This document shows positions 29,472 to 38,955 of a DNA stretch of 64,000 nucleotides, one piece after another. The translations under genes were made by a program, and so were the position numbers. The stretch is taken from positions 24,424 to 88,423 of the forward strand of contig JAGAJK010000044.1 of assembly GCA_017626145.1 (NCBI GenBank). Direction: 5' to 3'. Each line of letters starts with the position of its first letter. The first letter of the stretch is position 1. This DNA comes from Clostridia bacterium. GTDB lineage: Bacteria > Bacillota > Clostridia > RGIG6154. Under the pieces are notes generated by a model. That model searched no databases and had not been told where the DNA came from. It was given only the letters and a program-made list of their open reading frames with translations.

Positions 29472-30590
29472 ATGAGAACAGAAATAGTCAGATATAAAGA
29501 ATACTACATTTTTAAACTTTTTAATGACGATGAAAAAGAAATATCTCATGCTGCTGTGAAAATTCTTACATCAAGGCTTAATGGTGCAGAAGTAAAATCT
29601 ATTACAGTAGGAGGAGTTTTTACTGACCCCGAATATCGTCGTCTTGGTGCAGTACGAATTATATTTAATGAAATTAATAAATTTGCAGAGAAAGAAAAAT
29701 GCCTTGTAACGTTTCTTCATCCCTTTGCTACAGAATATTATAGAAAATTTGGTTATGAACGAATTTCAAATCATTGTGTTTTGGAATTTCCTATGTCTGC
29801 GCTTGAATTTGCTCCAAGATATAATAATCTTAAACCATATAAGGATACAAAATCAGCAGGTGATTTAGTTGAAATATATAACGAATATGCTAAAAACAGA
29901 AATATAATGCTTGAAAGAACGCCTGAAAGTTATCCAATTCCTGAAGATGATAAAAAGATATACATTCTTTATGATGAAAATGATAAACCTACGGCATATA
30001 TTTACTATTCAGAAGAATATAATTTTGTTATCAATCATAACATTGGTGTAAATTTAAATGTTTACGAAATGTGTTTTGCTTCTTTGGAAGACTTAATAAA
30101 ACTTTTTGGTTTTATCAGAATGTTTGATGGGAATATCGGGAGTGTTAAAATACATGATTGTGCAATGTCACCTGAAGTTGAACTCACGTTAAAACATTAT
30201 GAGCATATGTCAATTTCTCATTATCCTGATATAAGCGCAAGAATAAATAATACGCAAAAGGTCCTTTCTGTTGTGACATATCCTGAAGAAAAAGGTAAGT
30301 TTATCGTAAAGGTAACAGAACCTGAAAAAAGCGAACATAGTCCGGAAAACACGGCTGGAATTTTCAAAGTGGAATACCAAAATAAAAAAAGTGTTGTTAC
30401 AAAGCTTGATGATAATTCAAATTTTGATTTTTCAACAGATATTCAGGGGCTTACTAAGCTAATTTATGGTTTTAATACTTATGGCTACGAAATTTCCAAA
30501 TATATGAGAAACACAAAATTCAACAACGAATGTCCTGATTTCTTTAGAGCATTTCCTAATCGTCCATGCGGTGCTTATGAGCATTTTTAA
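29472..30590 (+). CDS. Eis-like GNAT acetyltransferase
   Basis: GGVFTDPEYRRLG and LHPF..YYRKFGYE motifs; Eis-like length. Confidence 0.85.
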   Translation: MRTEIVRYKEYYIFKLFNDDEKEISHAAVKILTSRLNGAEVKSITVGGVFTDPEYRRLGAVRIIFNEINKFAEKEKCLVTFLHPFATEYYRKFGYERISNHCVLEFPMSALEFAPRYNNLKPYKDTKSAGDLVEIYNEYAKNRNIMLERTPESYPIPEDDKKIYILYDENDKPTAYIYYSEEYNFVINHNIGVNLNVYEMCFASLEDLIKLFGFIRMFDGNIGSVKIHDCAMSPEVELTLKHYEHMSISHYPDISARINNTQKVLSVVTYPEEKGKFIVKVTEPEKSEHSPENTAGIFKVEYQNKKSVVTKLDDNSNFDFSTDIQGLTKLIYGFNTYGYEISKYMRNTKFNNECPDFFRAFPNRPCGAYEHF

Positions 30591-30698
30591 TAAAAGTGAT
30601 GCCGCCGAATTAAGAAACGTGGTCGTTTTCAAAAAAATATCGCATAATCAAGTAAAAATCTGCACACGAAAAGTGTGCGGTTTTTTATATATTGGTAA

Positions 30699-30739
30699 TA
30701 AAATCTTAAATTTGAGAAGTAAAATCTTAAAATTGAGAA
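30699..30739. promoter_or_regulatory. Tandem operator-like repeat with a 21-bp period
   Basis: TAAAATCTTAAATTTGAGAA and TAAAATCTTAAAATTGAGAA upstream of a TGnTATAAT. Confidence 0.5.
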
Positions 30740-30804
30740 TTGTTTTGAATGTGCTTCAATGGTATAATTTTTTGAGAATGTATGTTTGAAATGATGAGAA
30801 TGAG

Positions 30805-31074
30805 GTGAAAAAGTTTTTTGCACTATTTCTTATATTTTGTGTGCTTTTAAACTCAGTTGTATTAGCAAGCGCTGATGAACATATATGGTCAAATGCATCT
30901 GAGTGGGCTGTTGATGAACTGAAAAATGCAGAAATAGCAGGTTTAATTCCCGAAAGTTTTAATGACAAAGATTTGACAAATATGTATGGTATTTACTCAA
31001 TTCCGTATCGGTTACAAAAAATCTCCCGAATTTGCCGCTTATGCAAATTCGGAAGATTTAACAGTTTAAAGTGA
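30805..31074 (+). pseudogene. Truncated S-layer-homology (SLH) surface protein
   Basis: Signal peptide followed by ASEWAVDELKNAEIAGLIP, an SLH-type start. The resemblance stops after KDLT and the ORF runs into the GRE2 terminator. Confidence 0.6.
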
Positions 31075-33177
31075 ATGTTCGGTTCGTGCGATTACCTCTT
31101 GTTGCATATTTGGTTCAAGTGAAACAAAATAATCACTGTATCCGCCTATACGAACAACAAGGTCACGGTATTGTTCGGGATTATCAACCGCTTTTAAAAG
31201 AGTGTCTTTATCAACAACATTTATCTGTATTTCAAAACCGCCTCTGGAAAGGTATGTTTTAACCAGATTTTTCATAGTTTCAACAGAGTTCGGCCCTAAA
31301 GATTTCTTGGAAAACTTCATATTTACGGCAACACCGCCTATTAATTCGTGGTGTTCCCATTTTGTTGAAGATATAATTGATGCAGTAGGTCCCTTCATTT
31401 CTCTTCCCTGACAAGGGCCGGAGCCGTCTCCCAAAGGAAAGCCTGCACGTCTGCCATCAGGCGTTGCTCCTGTTTGTCTGCCGAAGCTTTCGTGTCTTAT
31501 CCAGCAGAATACACTTGGTATAAGATTTGCGTTAGAATGAACGCCTTCATGCTTTTTACATTCCGAAACTATATGCTTTATTATTAAATCAAAATACTTA
31601 TCAACATCATCGTTATCGTTGCCGTATTTGGGAATAGTGTTTAAAATGCGTTGCCTTAAAACTTCGTTGTTTTTAAAATCGTCATCAATAATTTCTTTTA
31701 ATTCTTTTATGGTGAATTCCTTTTTATCAAAAACAAGTTCTTTTATGGCATATAAAGAATCCACAAGATTTGCCATGCCCACAAAACTTGGCATTATCCA
31801 GTTATATCTCGCTCCCCCACGCTCAATATCGAGTCCTCTTTCAAGACAATCGTTAACAAAGCAAGAAAGCAACGGATTTAATGAATTGTTACATCTGTCA
31901 TTTCTTTGATTTATTTCAACCTCTAAATTGTTTTTAATTTTTTCATCAAGAACAGAATAAATTTTTTCTATAAGTTCATCAAAAGAATTATATTCTCGGT
32001 CCATAACATCCAAAAGCAGTTGCGCCATATTGGTATAAGGACTTGCAACCCATACATTTGATGATGCTACAGGCGTTATTTCAACACAGTTGCTGTGAAT
32101 ATAACTGCAGGCTTCTTTTTCGGGAACACCGTAGCTTTTAAGACCTTTTATTATAACATCGTCATTAAAAATTGCAGGATGCGAACGTCCGTGTGTTAAA
32201 ATTTCACAAGCCATTTCTATGTATTCATCATCCATACCTTCAGTGTAACAAAAACCAACCGAAGGATACACCAGTCGAATATCGTCAATCACCTGCATAC
32301 ACATCTTTGTTAAATCGTTTTGAACAATTTCGTTATTTTCGTCACGGCCGCCTACCATATAACCATTGGAAACACCTCCGGCAACATTTCTGTTAATCTG
32401 AATTCCCACACAATCTAAAAGAAGGTGTGCAAACTCTTTGGTTATAACTTTATTTTCTATATCGTTTTTATAATACTTATACAAATAACGGTCGGGATGA
32501 CCTAACTGAAACTGCAATATTGAGTATCTATATGGATTATACCCCAAACAATATGTAATAAAGCTTACCGATTGAACTGCTTCATAAAAGCTTTCTGCAG
32601 GATATTTGGGCACTTTTCTGCAAATTTTCGAAATTGTTTCAAGTTCTTTTTTTCTTTCTTCATTCTTTTCGGATTCAGCAAGTCTTTTTGCTTCATCGGC
32701 ATAATTTTCAGAATGAACAATAACTGCGTCTAAACATTTTTTACAGGATTGATAAAAAGGTATTTTGTCATCAGTTGCAGTTTCTATGTATTTATCTATT
32801 TTTTCTATTATTCCTGCAATACCCAAATTTAAAATAATATCATAGTCTATTGACATATGCGAATCCTGACCGCCACCGGCTTTTTGAGCAGTTTTTTTCC
32901 ATACATCAAGATAAGTTTCATTATATTCCTTTTTTTCCTCTTCATTTAAAAACAAACCGTATTTACCCACAACAAGCTCATCATCACTTATATTGGGACG
33001 CATTTTTGCAAAGGCTTCATAAAATGAATTTGCGTATTTTTCCACATTTGATGTGTCACAATCTGTGCCGAAATTTTTAAAGAAGTAGTAAATAAAATCT
33101 TCTCTGTATATAGGATTTTTTAATAAACTACCTTGTTTCTCAAGTGCAATTTTTCGTAATCTTTCAATTCTTTCCAT
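31066..33177 (-). CDS. Glycyl radical enzyme 2 (PFL-like superfamily, substrate unknown)
   Basis: Cys loop HSNCVE, Gly loop LVVRIGGY, PKYGND and GATPDGR motifs. Confidence 0.92.
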   Translation of the reverse strand: MERIERLRKIALEKQGSLLKNPIYREDFIYYFFKNFGTDCDTSNVEKYANSFYEAFAKMRPNISDDELVVGKYGLFLNEEEKKEYNETYLDVWKKTAQKAGGGQDSHMSIDYDIILNLGIAGIIEKIDKYIETATDDKIPFYQSCKKCLDAVIVHSENYADEAKRLAESEKNEERKKELETISKICRKVPKYPAESFYEAVQSVSFITYCLGYNPYRYSILQFQLGHPDRYLYKYYKNDIENKVITKEFAHLLLDCVGIQINRNVAGGVSNGYMVGGRDENNEIVQNDLTKMCMQVIDDIRLVYPSVGFCYTEGMDDEYIEMACEILTHGRSHPAIFNDDVIIKGLKSYGVPEKEACSYIHSNCVEITPVASSNVWVASPYTNMAQLLLDVMDREYNSFDELIEKIYSVLDEKIKNNLEVEINQRNDRCNNSLNPLLSCFVNDCLERGLDIERGGARYNWIMPSFVGMANLVDSLYAIKELVFDKKEFTIKELKEIIDDDFKNNEVLRQRILNTIPKYGNDNDDVDKYFDLIIKHIVSECKKHEGVHSNANLIPSVFCWIRHESFGRQTGATPDGRRAGFPLGDGSGPCQGREMKGPTASIISSTKWEHHELIGGVAVNMKFSKKSLGPNSVETMKNLVKTYLSRGGFEIQINVVDKDTLLKAVDNPEQYRDLVVRIGGYSDYFVSLEPNMQQEVIARTEHSL

Positions 33178-33349
33178 AAAAATACCCCCTTTTTGGTGTT
33201 AATACTATAACATACTATTACTTAAAAATCAATGAAAATTCAAACTTTTTCTGTATTCTGTAGGCGACATTCCCATATATTTTTTAAAAAGCCTGTTTAT
33301 GCCGATAATTTAAAAAACAAGGAGAGAAAAATCGTTGATTTTTCTCTCC

Positions 33350-33550
33350 TTATTTATTAAAAAGGTTATTTAGTCTGTTTTTCAGATTTTCTTTTCTTTT
33401 TAATGTTTCTTCTTCGTTATAAACAATTTCAATTACCGCTCCTTCACCTGCACCTTCAGGAAGAATTTCGGCAGGTAACTCAATCATTTTCCCGTCTTCT
33501 TTTTCGCAAACAGCAACATTTTCTTCTATTCTATCAATAATCAGCTTCAA
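33350..33550 (-). CDS. DUF3006 family protein
   Basis: LIIDRIEENVAVCE...LPEGAGEG. Confidence 0.85.
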   Translation of the reverse strand: MKLIIDRIEENVAVCEKEDGKMIELPAEILPEGAGEGAVIEIVYNEEETLKRKENLKNRLNNLFNK

Positions 33551-33561
33551 AAAAACTCCTC

Positions 33562-34446
33562 CTATACCAAGTTAATAATGCAAAGAGCTATAAATGCCAA
33601 CACCAAACCTACTGCACTTTTAACAGTTATTTTTTCCTTAAAGGCAACCGATGCCATCACAGCCGAAATCAATAGTGCCGCTCCCTGATTTAGGGGATAT
33701 AATTTTGCTGCATCTATAAGTCCTGCCGCTTTCACCTTGAAAAACGAATTTACAAAAAGACCAACTGCCATAATAATTACATAAATTGCTATTCCTTTCG
33801 TTTTTTCAAGGCTCTTTTGTTTTTCTTTTTGCGTAAGGAACATAATTAAAATTACAAGAAAGCTTACTATGTACGAATAAAAATTAAAAACCGAATTTAT
33901 ACCGTCAGGCTTTAAACGCACAAACAATTTCTGCGACAAGTCCGCCATACCGTTACATATACCTGCGGCTACCAAAACAAAATTTCCAAATACAGTAGTC
34001 TTTCCCACAACGCTTTTATTGTATGAGCTCATAATAAAAACAGCTATAACAAGCACGACAAATCCTATCCACTGCAAAAACTTCACCTGTTCGTCAAAAA
34101 GAACACTGCAAACTACAAGAGGTATTATTGTACCAAGTGTAAGAGAAACCTCTATCATAGTATAAGCACCGCTTCGAACGGCAAAAATCCAGGTTATAAC
34201 AAAAAATGCAGAAAATACGCCCGACATTGCCGAAATTAAAAGTGTTTGTGCATCTACTTTAAAAGCATCAATACCGCCGTCGGCAAAAATTGCAAGAGCA
34301 CCGCCTATAATTATACAAAGAAGCATACGAAGCATATTAAGAGCCATTACTTCGCTTACCGAATTAATAAGAGTACTTGTTTTCTTTCCACAATATGCTT
34401 TTGCTGTTCCGCCAATAAGAGCAATAACTAAAAATAAATATCCCAT
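33562..34446 (-). CDS. EamA/DMT family transporter
   Basis: 10 TM helices in two repeats; FKEKIT motif. Confidence 0.8.
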   Translation of the reverse strand: MGYLFLVIALIGGTAKAYCGKKTSTLINSVSEVMALNMLRMLLCIIIGGALAIFADGGIDAFKVDAQTLLISAMSGVFSAFFVITWIFAVRSGAYTMIEVSLTLGTIIPLVVCSVLFDEQVKFLQWIGFVVLVIAVFIMSSYNKSVVGKTTVFGNFVLVAAGICNGMADLSQKLFVRLKPDGINSVFNFYSYIVSFLVILIMFLTQKEKQKSLEKTKGIAIYVIIMAVGLFVNSFFKVKAAGLIDAAKLYPLNQGAALLISAVMASVAFKEKITVKSAVGLVLAFIALCIINLV

Positions 34447-34456
34447 AAAAATTCAC

Positions 34457-35134
34457 CTACGCGTAAATATTGCTGTCATCAAATTCGCCTGTTATCTCAT
34501 TTATATTTATGTTTTTATATGTAAGAAACCACTTGTAAACTTCAGGGTTTGAGTATGTATCTGTCCAGGCATCGTGCTCATTTTCCGGATAAACTGTAAG
34601 ACGTGCGTTTCCGCCGTTTTTGTTTGTTCTTCTTACCATTTCTTCCGATTCGCTGCATAAAACGATTGGGTCTTTAGCACCGTGAAACGCCCATACGGGA
34701 ACATTTCGCAGACGGTATGTATTCCATGCCATTCCACCACCGCAAACGGGAACAATAGCTGCAAAATACTCGGGCATACTCATAGCCAGACTCCATGTTG
34801 CGTATCCGCCCATACTTGCACCTGTTAAATAAACTCTTTCCTTATCGCAAAAATCCTGTGATGTAATCATTTTGACCCATTCTTCAAGAGTTTCAAATAA
34901 ATCAAGCCAGGAATTTTCCGTGCAATGAGGAGCTGCCAGAATAAAAGGAAACTCTTTGTCACTCTCTGCATACTTATAAGCACCGCCGTTGGTAATTTCC
35001 GATATGTCACATTCTCTTGTTCCTGCACCGTGAAGATATATCAAAACAGGATACTTTTCGCCCGACTGATAGTTTTCAGGGAATCTTATCAAATAATTTA
35101 ATTTTCCAAAGTTTTTCTTTTCCACAATAGTCAC
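34457..35134 (-). CDS. Alpha/beta hydrolase (predicted peptidase/esterase)
   Basis: YLHGAG, GASMGG, FHGAKD and HDAW catalytic-triad motifs. Confidence 0.88.
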   Translation of the reverse strand: MTIVEKKNFGKLNYLIRFPENYQSGEKYPVLIYLHGAGTRECDISEITNGGAYKYAESDKEFPFILAAPHCTENSWLDLFETLEEWVKMITSQDFCDKERVYLTGASMGGYATWSLAMSMPEYFAAIVPVCGGGMAWNTYRLRNVPVWAFHGAKDPIVLCSESEEMVRRTNKNGGNARLTVYPENEHDAWTDTYSNPEVYKWFLTYKNININEITGEFDDSNIYA

Positions 35135-35171
35135 CTATAGTAAAGGGACTGTAATGCACAGTCCCAGATTT

Positions 35172-36362
35172 TTAGTTTGTATAGTTATCAAAGTAACCCT
35201 GAACAAGAACTATTGGTGTTCCCTTATCGCCCGAGCCACTTGTAAGGTCACAAAGCGAACCGATTAAGTCAGTAATTCTTCTTGGAGTTGTTCCCTGAGA
35301 CGCCATACTACCGGCAAGGTCAGCATCCTTTTTACGGATTTTTTCTTCAATTGCTTTCTTTAAAGCTTCGCCCGAAAGGTCTGCAAAATCGTTATCTGCG
35401 AGGTACTTTAGCTTAAGCTCATTAGGGGTACCTTCAAGACCGGATGTATTCGCAACAGAAACGCTTGGATCTGCAAGCTCCCAGATTTTTCCAACGGGGT
35501 CTTTGAATGCACCGTCGCCGTATACCATAGCTTCTATATGCTTACCTGTTTTTTCAAGCATCCTGGATTGAATTTCGAGTACAAGATCCATACATTCATT
35601 AGGGAATAATTTAATAGTATCTTCAGTTGATTTATTTGAACCTAAAAGACCGAACTTTGAATTATAACCACTGCCGTCAACAGACTCTGTTAAAATATCA
35701 TCAAGACCTAAAACAACTTCAGCGCCTGCTTCCTTTAAAATTCTCTTTGTTCTCATTCTTGTATGAATATCACAGGTTAAAACATTTTTAGTATAATCAA
35801 GAATTACTCTTGGGTTGTTTGCAAAAATAATCTCCGCTTCCGCTCCGCATTCACGGATTAAATCGCCGTAATACTCAACATAGTCAACACATGTAAACGG
35901 ATGCTTGTTTACTCCGAATAATTCTCTGTATTTCTTTTCATCCAAAACATCGGAATAAGGATTAACGCCTGCTGCATCAAGCTTGTCCAATGATACAAGC
36001 TCATTACCCACTTCATCGGAAGGATAGCTAAGCATTAAAACAATTTTCTTTGCAGCCTTCGCAATACCTCTTAAGCAGATTGCAAAACGGTTACGTGAAA
36101 GAATAGGAAAAATAACGCCTATGGTTTCGCTTCCGAGCTTTGCCTGAACGTCCTTTGAAATTGCATCAATTGACGCATAATTACCCTGTGCACGTGCAAC
36201 TACCGATTCGGTAACGCAAATTACATCACGGTCATTAAACGAAAAATTATCAGTTTCCGATGCTTCAAGAACGCTTGTTACTACAATCTCCGCAAGATTA
36301 TCACCTTCACGGATGATTGGGCAACGGATGCCTCTTGATGTTGTTCCTACATTTCTTGCCAT
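35172..36362 (-). CDS. F420-0:gamma-glutamyl ligase (CofE)-like protein
   Basis: PIIREGD, TESVVARAQG, GTTPRR and GSGDKGTP motifs. Confidence 0.82.
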   Translation of the reverse strand: MARNVGTTSRGIRCPIIREGDNLAEIVVTSVLEASETDNFSFNDRDVICVTESVVARAQGNYASIDAISKDVQAKLGSETIGVIFPILSRNRFAICLRGIAKAAKKIVLMLSYPSDEVGNELVSLDKLDAAGVNPYSDVLDEKKYRELFGVNKHPFTCVDYVEYYGDLIRECGAEAEIIFANNPRVILDYTKNVLTCDIHTRMRTKRILKEAGAEVVLGLDDILTESVDGSGYNSKFGLLGSNKSTEDTIKLFPNECMDLVLEIQSRMLEKTGKHIEAMVYGDGAFKDPVGKIWELADPSVSVANTSGLEGTPNELKLKYLADNDFADLSGEALKKAIEEKIRKKDADLAGSMASQGTTPRRITDLIGSLCDLTSGSGDKGTPIVLVQGYFDNYTN

Positions 36363-36594
36363 ATATATTCCTCTTTTCTCCGACTAAGAAAGCCGATTTT
36401 AACAAATAAATATACAAAATCTTTACCACACTATATTTTATAACAAAAATTGAATAATTACAATATGTTTTTAAAAAATTTTTAAATTTTTTGCAGGTTT
36501 TTGGTATTGTTCCTGCAATTTTAAAATAAAAAAAGGATTTTTTACAGTTTTGGGGTATTATATAATAAAAGGATGTGATAACGTGAAAGCTACT

Positions 36595-36748
36595 TTCCCG
36601 TTATGCCTCCGGCGGATTTAAATAGCCCGTGCGAAATTTTCTTTGTTTACGCAAAGAAACGCACGTGGGCAAAAAAATCTCTTATCATTCCTTGCCATAC
36701 AGATAAGAGAAATTTCTTCACTATTTATGCCGATGTATGGCGGCGGAA
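36595..36748. repeat. Structured intergenic element (MITE/REP-like or RNA leader)
   Basis: Closing stem CCGTTATGC/GTATGGCGG encloses GCCCGTGCG/CGCACGTGGGC, TTTCTTTG/CAAAGAAA and TCTTATC/GATAAGA hairpins. Confidence 0.5.
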
Positions 36749-36759
36749 CGGAGATTTTT

Positions 36760-37371
36760 ATGTCAACAATTAATAACGAAGCTATATTCAGTCTATCTTA
36801 CGGTCTTTTTGTTCTTACAGCTAAAACCTCAAAGGATAACGGTTGCATTATAAATACCGTTCAGCAGGTTACACAGAATCCTTTAAGAATATCAATTACC
36901 GTAAATAAAAGCAATTATACCCACGATATGATTATGGAAACAAAAAAATTCAACGTTTCTGTACTTACTGAAAGTACGCCCTTCTCCATCTTTGAAAGAT
37001 TCGGTTTTTCAAGCGGAAGAGATACCGATAAATTTGAAGGCTTTGATGATGTGGCAAAAACAGAAAATGAAATTTTGTACCTTACAAAATACACAAATGC
37101 CGTTATTTCAGGTGATGTAATCGAAACCGTAGATTTGGGTACTCACACTCTGTTTATTGCAGATGTAACGGAAGCAATTAAATTAAATGATGAAAAAAGT
37201 GTTACCTACCAATATTATTTTGACAATATAAAGCCAAAGCCTCAGGCTGAAAAGAAAAAAGGTTATGTTTGCAAAATCTGCGGATATGTTTATGAGGGTG
37301 AAACGTTGCCTGACGATTTTGTATGCCCACTTTGTAAGCACGGTGCAGAGGATTTTGAACCACTTTCGTAA
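36760..37371 (+). CDS. Flavin reductase with a C-terminal rubredoxin domain
   Basis: [15 protein letters not shown] and GTHTLF motifs; CKICGY...CPLC at the C-terminus. Confidence 0.92.
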   Translation: MSTINNEAIFSLSYGLFVLTAKTSKDNGCIINTVQQVTQNPLRISITVNKSNYTHDMIMETKKFNVSVLTESTPFSIFERFGFSSGRDTDKFEGFDDVAKTENEILYLTKYTNAVISGDVIETVDLGTHTLFIADVTEAIKLNDEKSVTYQYYFDNIKPKPQAEKKKGYVCKICGYVYEGETLPDDFVCPLCKHGAEDFEPLS

Positions 37372-37762
37372 CAATACTGAATTTTAAAAATGACTGTAAC
37401 AACCCTGTTGCAGTTATTTTTTTATACACAAATCACTATCCTTATACATATTTATCCTTTTTTGAAAAAGTCAAATGGTAATTTCTGAATTTTTTTAAAT
37501 CTTTTTAAATTTTTCCATACATTAATATTGGCAAACGTGGTATGCTAAAAATATTCAATATGAACTTCAAAGGTGTGCATTCTATGTTAATTTAACATTT
37601 TTTTGTTATCTTCGAACATTTTCCGCTTTCAAAATAATTTTTTTTTGAATTTTTTTAACTTTTTTTAGAAAATATGTTGCAAATTTTAGAAAATTATTGT
37701 AAAATATAATCTCAATATAATTTAGATGGGATTCTGATTTTATTTTTACAGGGGGTATATAT

Positions 37763-38884
37763 ATGTCAGATATTAAAAAAATTGCTATTATGACAGGCGG
37801 CGGAGACTGCCCCGGACTTAATCCTGTTATAAGAGCGGTTGTTAAAACAGCTATTTTAAAGTACGGTCTTGAGGTTGTTGGTATAAGACACGGTTATCAC
37901 GGTCTTTATCACGGAGACTTTGTAAACCTCGGACTCGACGATGTTCAGGAAATTATTTCTAAAGGCGGAACAATCCTTTACAGCTCAAACAAGGATAATT
38001 TATTCAAGTATCCTGTAAGAGATGAAAAGGGCGATATTGTTAAAGATGCCGAAGGAAACATTGTTTACGAGGACGTTTCTGATGTTGGTGTTGAAAACCT
38101 TAAAAAAGCAGGCATCGATGCACTCTTTATTTTAGGCGGTGACGGTACTTTAACATCAGGAAGAGACTTTGCACGTAAGGGTGTTAACGTTATCGGTATT
38201 CCTAAAACAATTGATAACGACCTTGCATTTACAGATTATACCTTTGGTTTTGATACAGCTATCGGTGTTGCAACCGACGGTCTTGACAGAGTAAGAACAA
38301 CAGGTATGTCACATCACAGAATTATGGTTGTTGAAATTATGGGCAGAGGCGCAGGCTGGATGACACTTCATGCAGGTATTGCAGGTGCTGCCGATGTTAT
38401 TCTTATTCCTGAAATTCCTTACGATATCAATAAGGTTGCAGAAAAGATTAAAGAAGACAAAGCAAACGGCAAGGAATTCTCAATCGTTGCTGTTTCTGAA
38501 GGTGCTAAGTCTCTTACAGGTGAACAGGTTATATTAAAGGTTCGTGAAGACAGTCCTGACCCAATCAGACTTGGCGGTGTTGGTTCTGTTGTTGCAGATA
38601 AGCTTGAAGAGCTTGTTGGTTCAGAAGCAAGAGCTACAACACTCGGTCACATTCAGCGTGGTGGCTCACCTACAGTTCACGACAGAGTTCTTTCTTCAAG
38701 ATACGGTTATGCGGCAGTTGAGCTTGCTATGAAGGGCGGCTTCGGCAGAATGGTTGCTCTTCAGGGTGATAAAATCACATCTGTTTCTTTGGAAGATGTT
38801 ATAGGTCAGCAGACTAAAAATGTTACTCCCGATAACGAGCTTGTTACTCTTGCAAAGGCTATGGGCGTTTGCTTCGGTGACTAA
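37763..38884 (+). CDS. pfkA: 6-phosphofructokinase (group III type)
   Basis: GGGDCPG, GGDGT, PKTIDND, MGR and GHIQRGG motifs. Confidence 0.92.
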   Translation: MSDIKKIAIMTGGGDCPGLNPVIRAVVKTAILKYGLEVVGIRHGYHGLYHGDFVNLGLDDVQEIISKGGTILYSSNKDNLFKYPVRDEKGDIVKDAEGNIVYEDVSDVGVENLKKAGIDALFILGGDGTLTSGRDFARKGVNVIGIPKTIDNDLAFTDYTFGFDTAIGVATDGLDRVRTTGMSHHRIMVVEIMGRGAGWMTLHAGIAGAADVILIPEIPYDINKVAEKIKEDKANGKEFSIVAVSEGAKSLTGEQVILKVREDSPDPIRLGGVGSVVADKLEELVGSEARATTLGHIQRGGSPTVHDRVLSSRYGYAAVELAMKGGFGRMVALQGDKITSVSLEDVIGQQTKNVTPDNELVTLAKAMGVCFGD

Positions 38885-38955
38885 TTAAAAAAATTAACGG
38901 CGTGTCTCTTTTATATTGAGATACGCCGTTTTTTATCTGAAATTGTATACTTTTA

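Noticed and set aside
26133-33177. Calling the two GREs pyruvate formate-lyase (pflB)
   Set aside because: Both have a single catalytic Cys (CVE) rather than the Cys-Cys pair of PFL.
37202-37429. Minus-strand 75-aa ORF with an RBS-like upstream sequence
   Set aside because: It runs through a terminator and antisense to the rubredoxin domain, with no recognisable protein features.
37440-37760. Very AT-rich gap as a replication origin
   Set aside because: No DnaA-box cluster; it is explained by the pfk promoter region.
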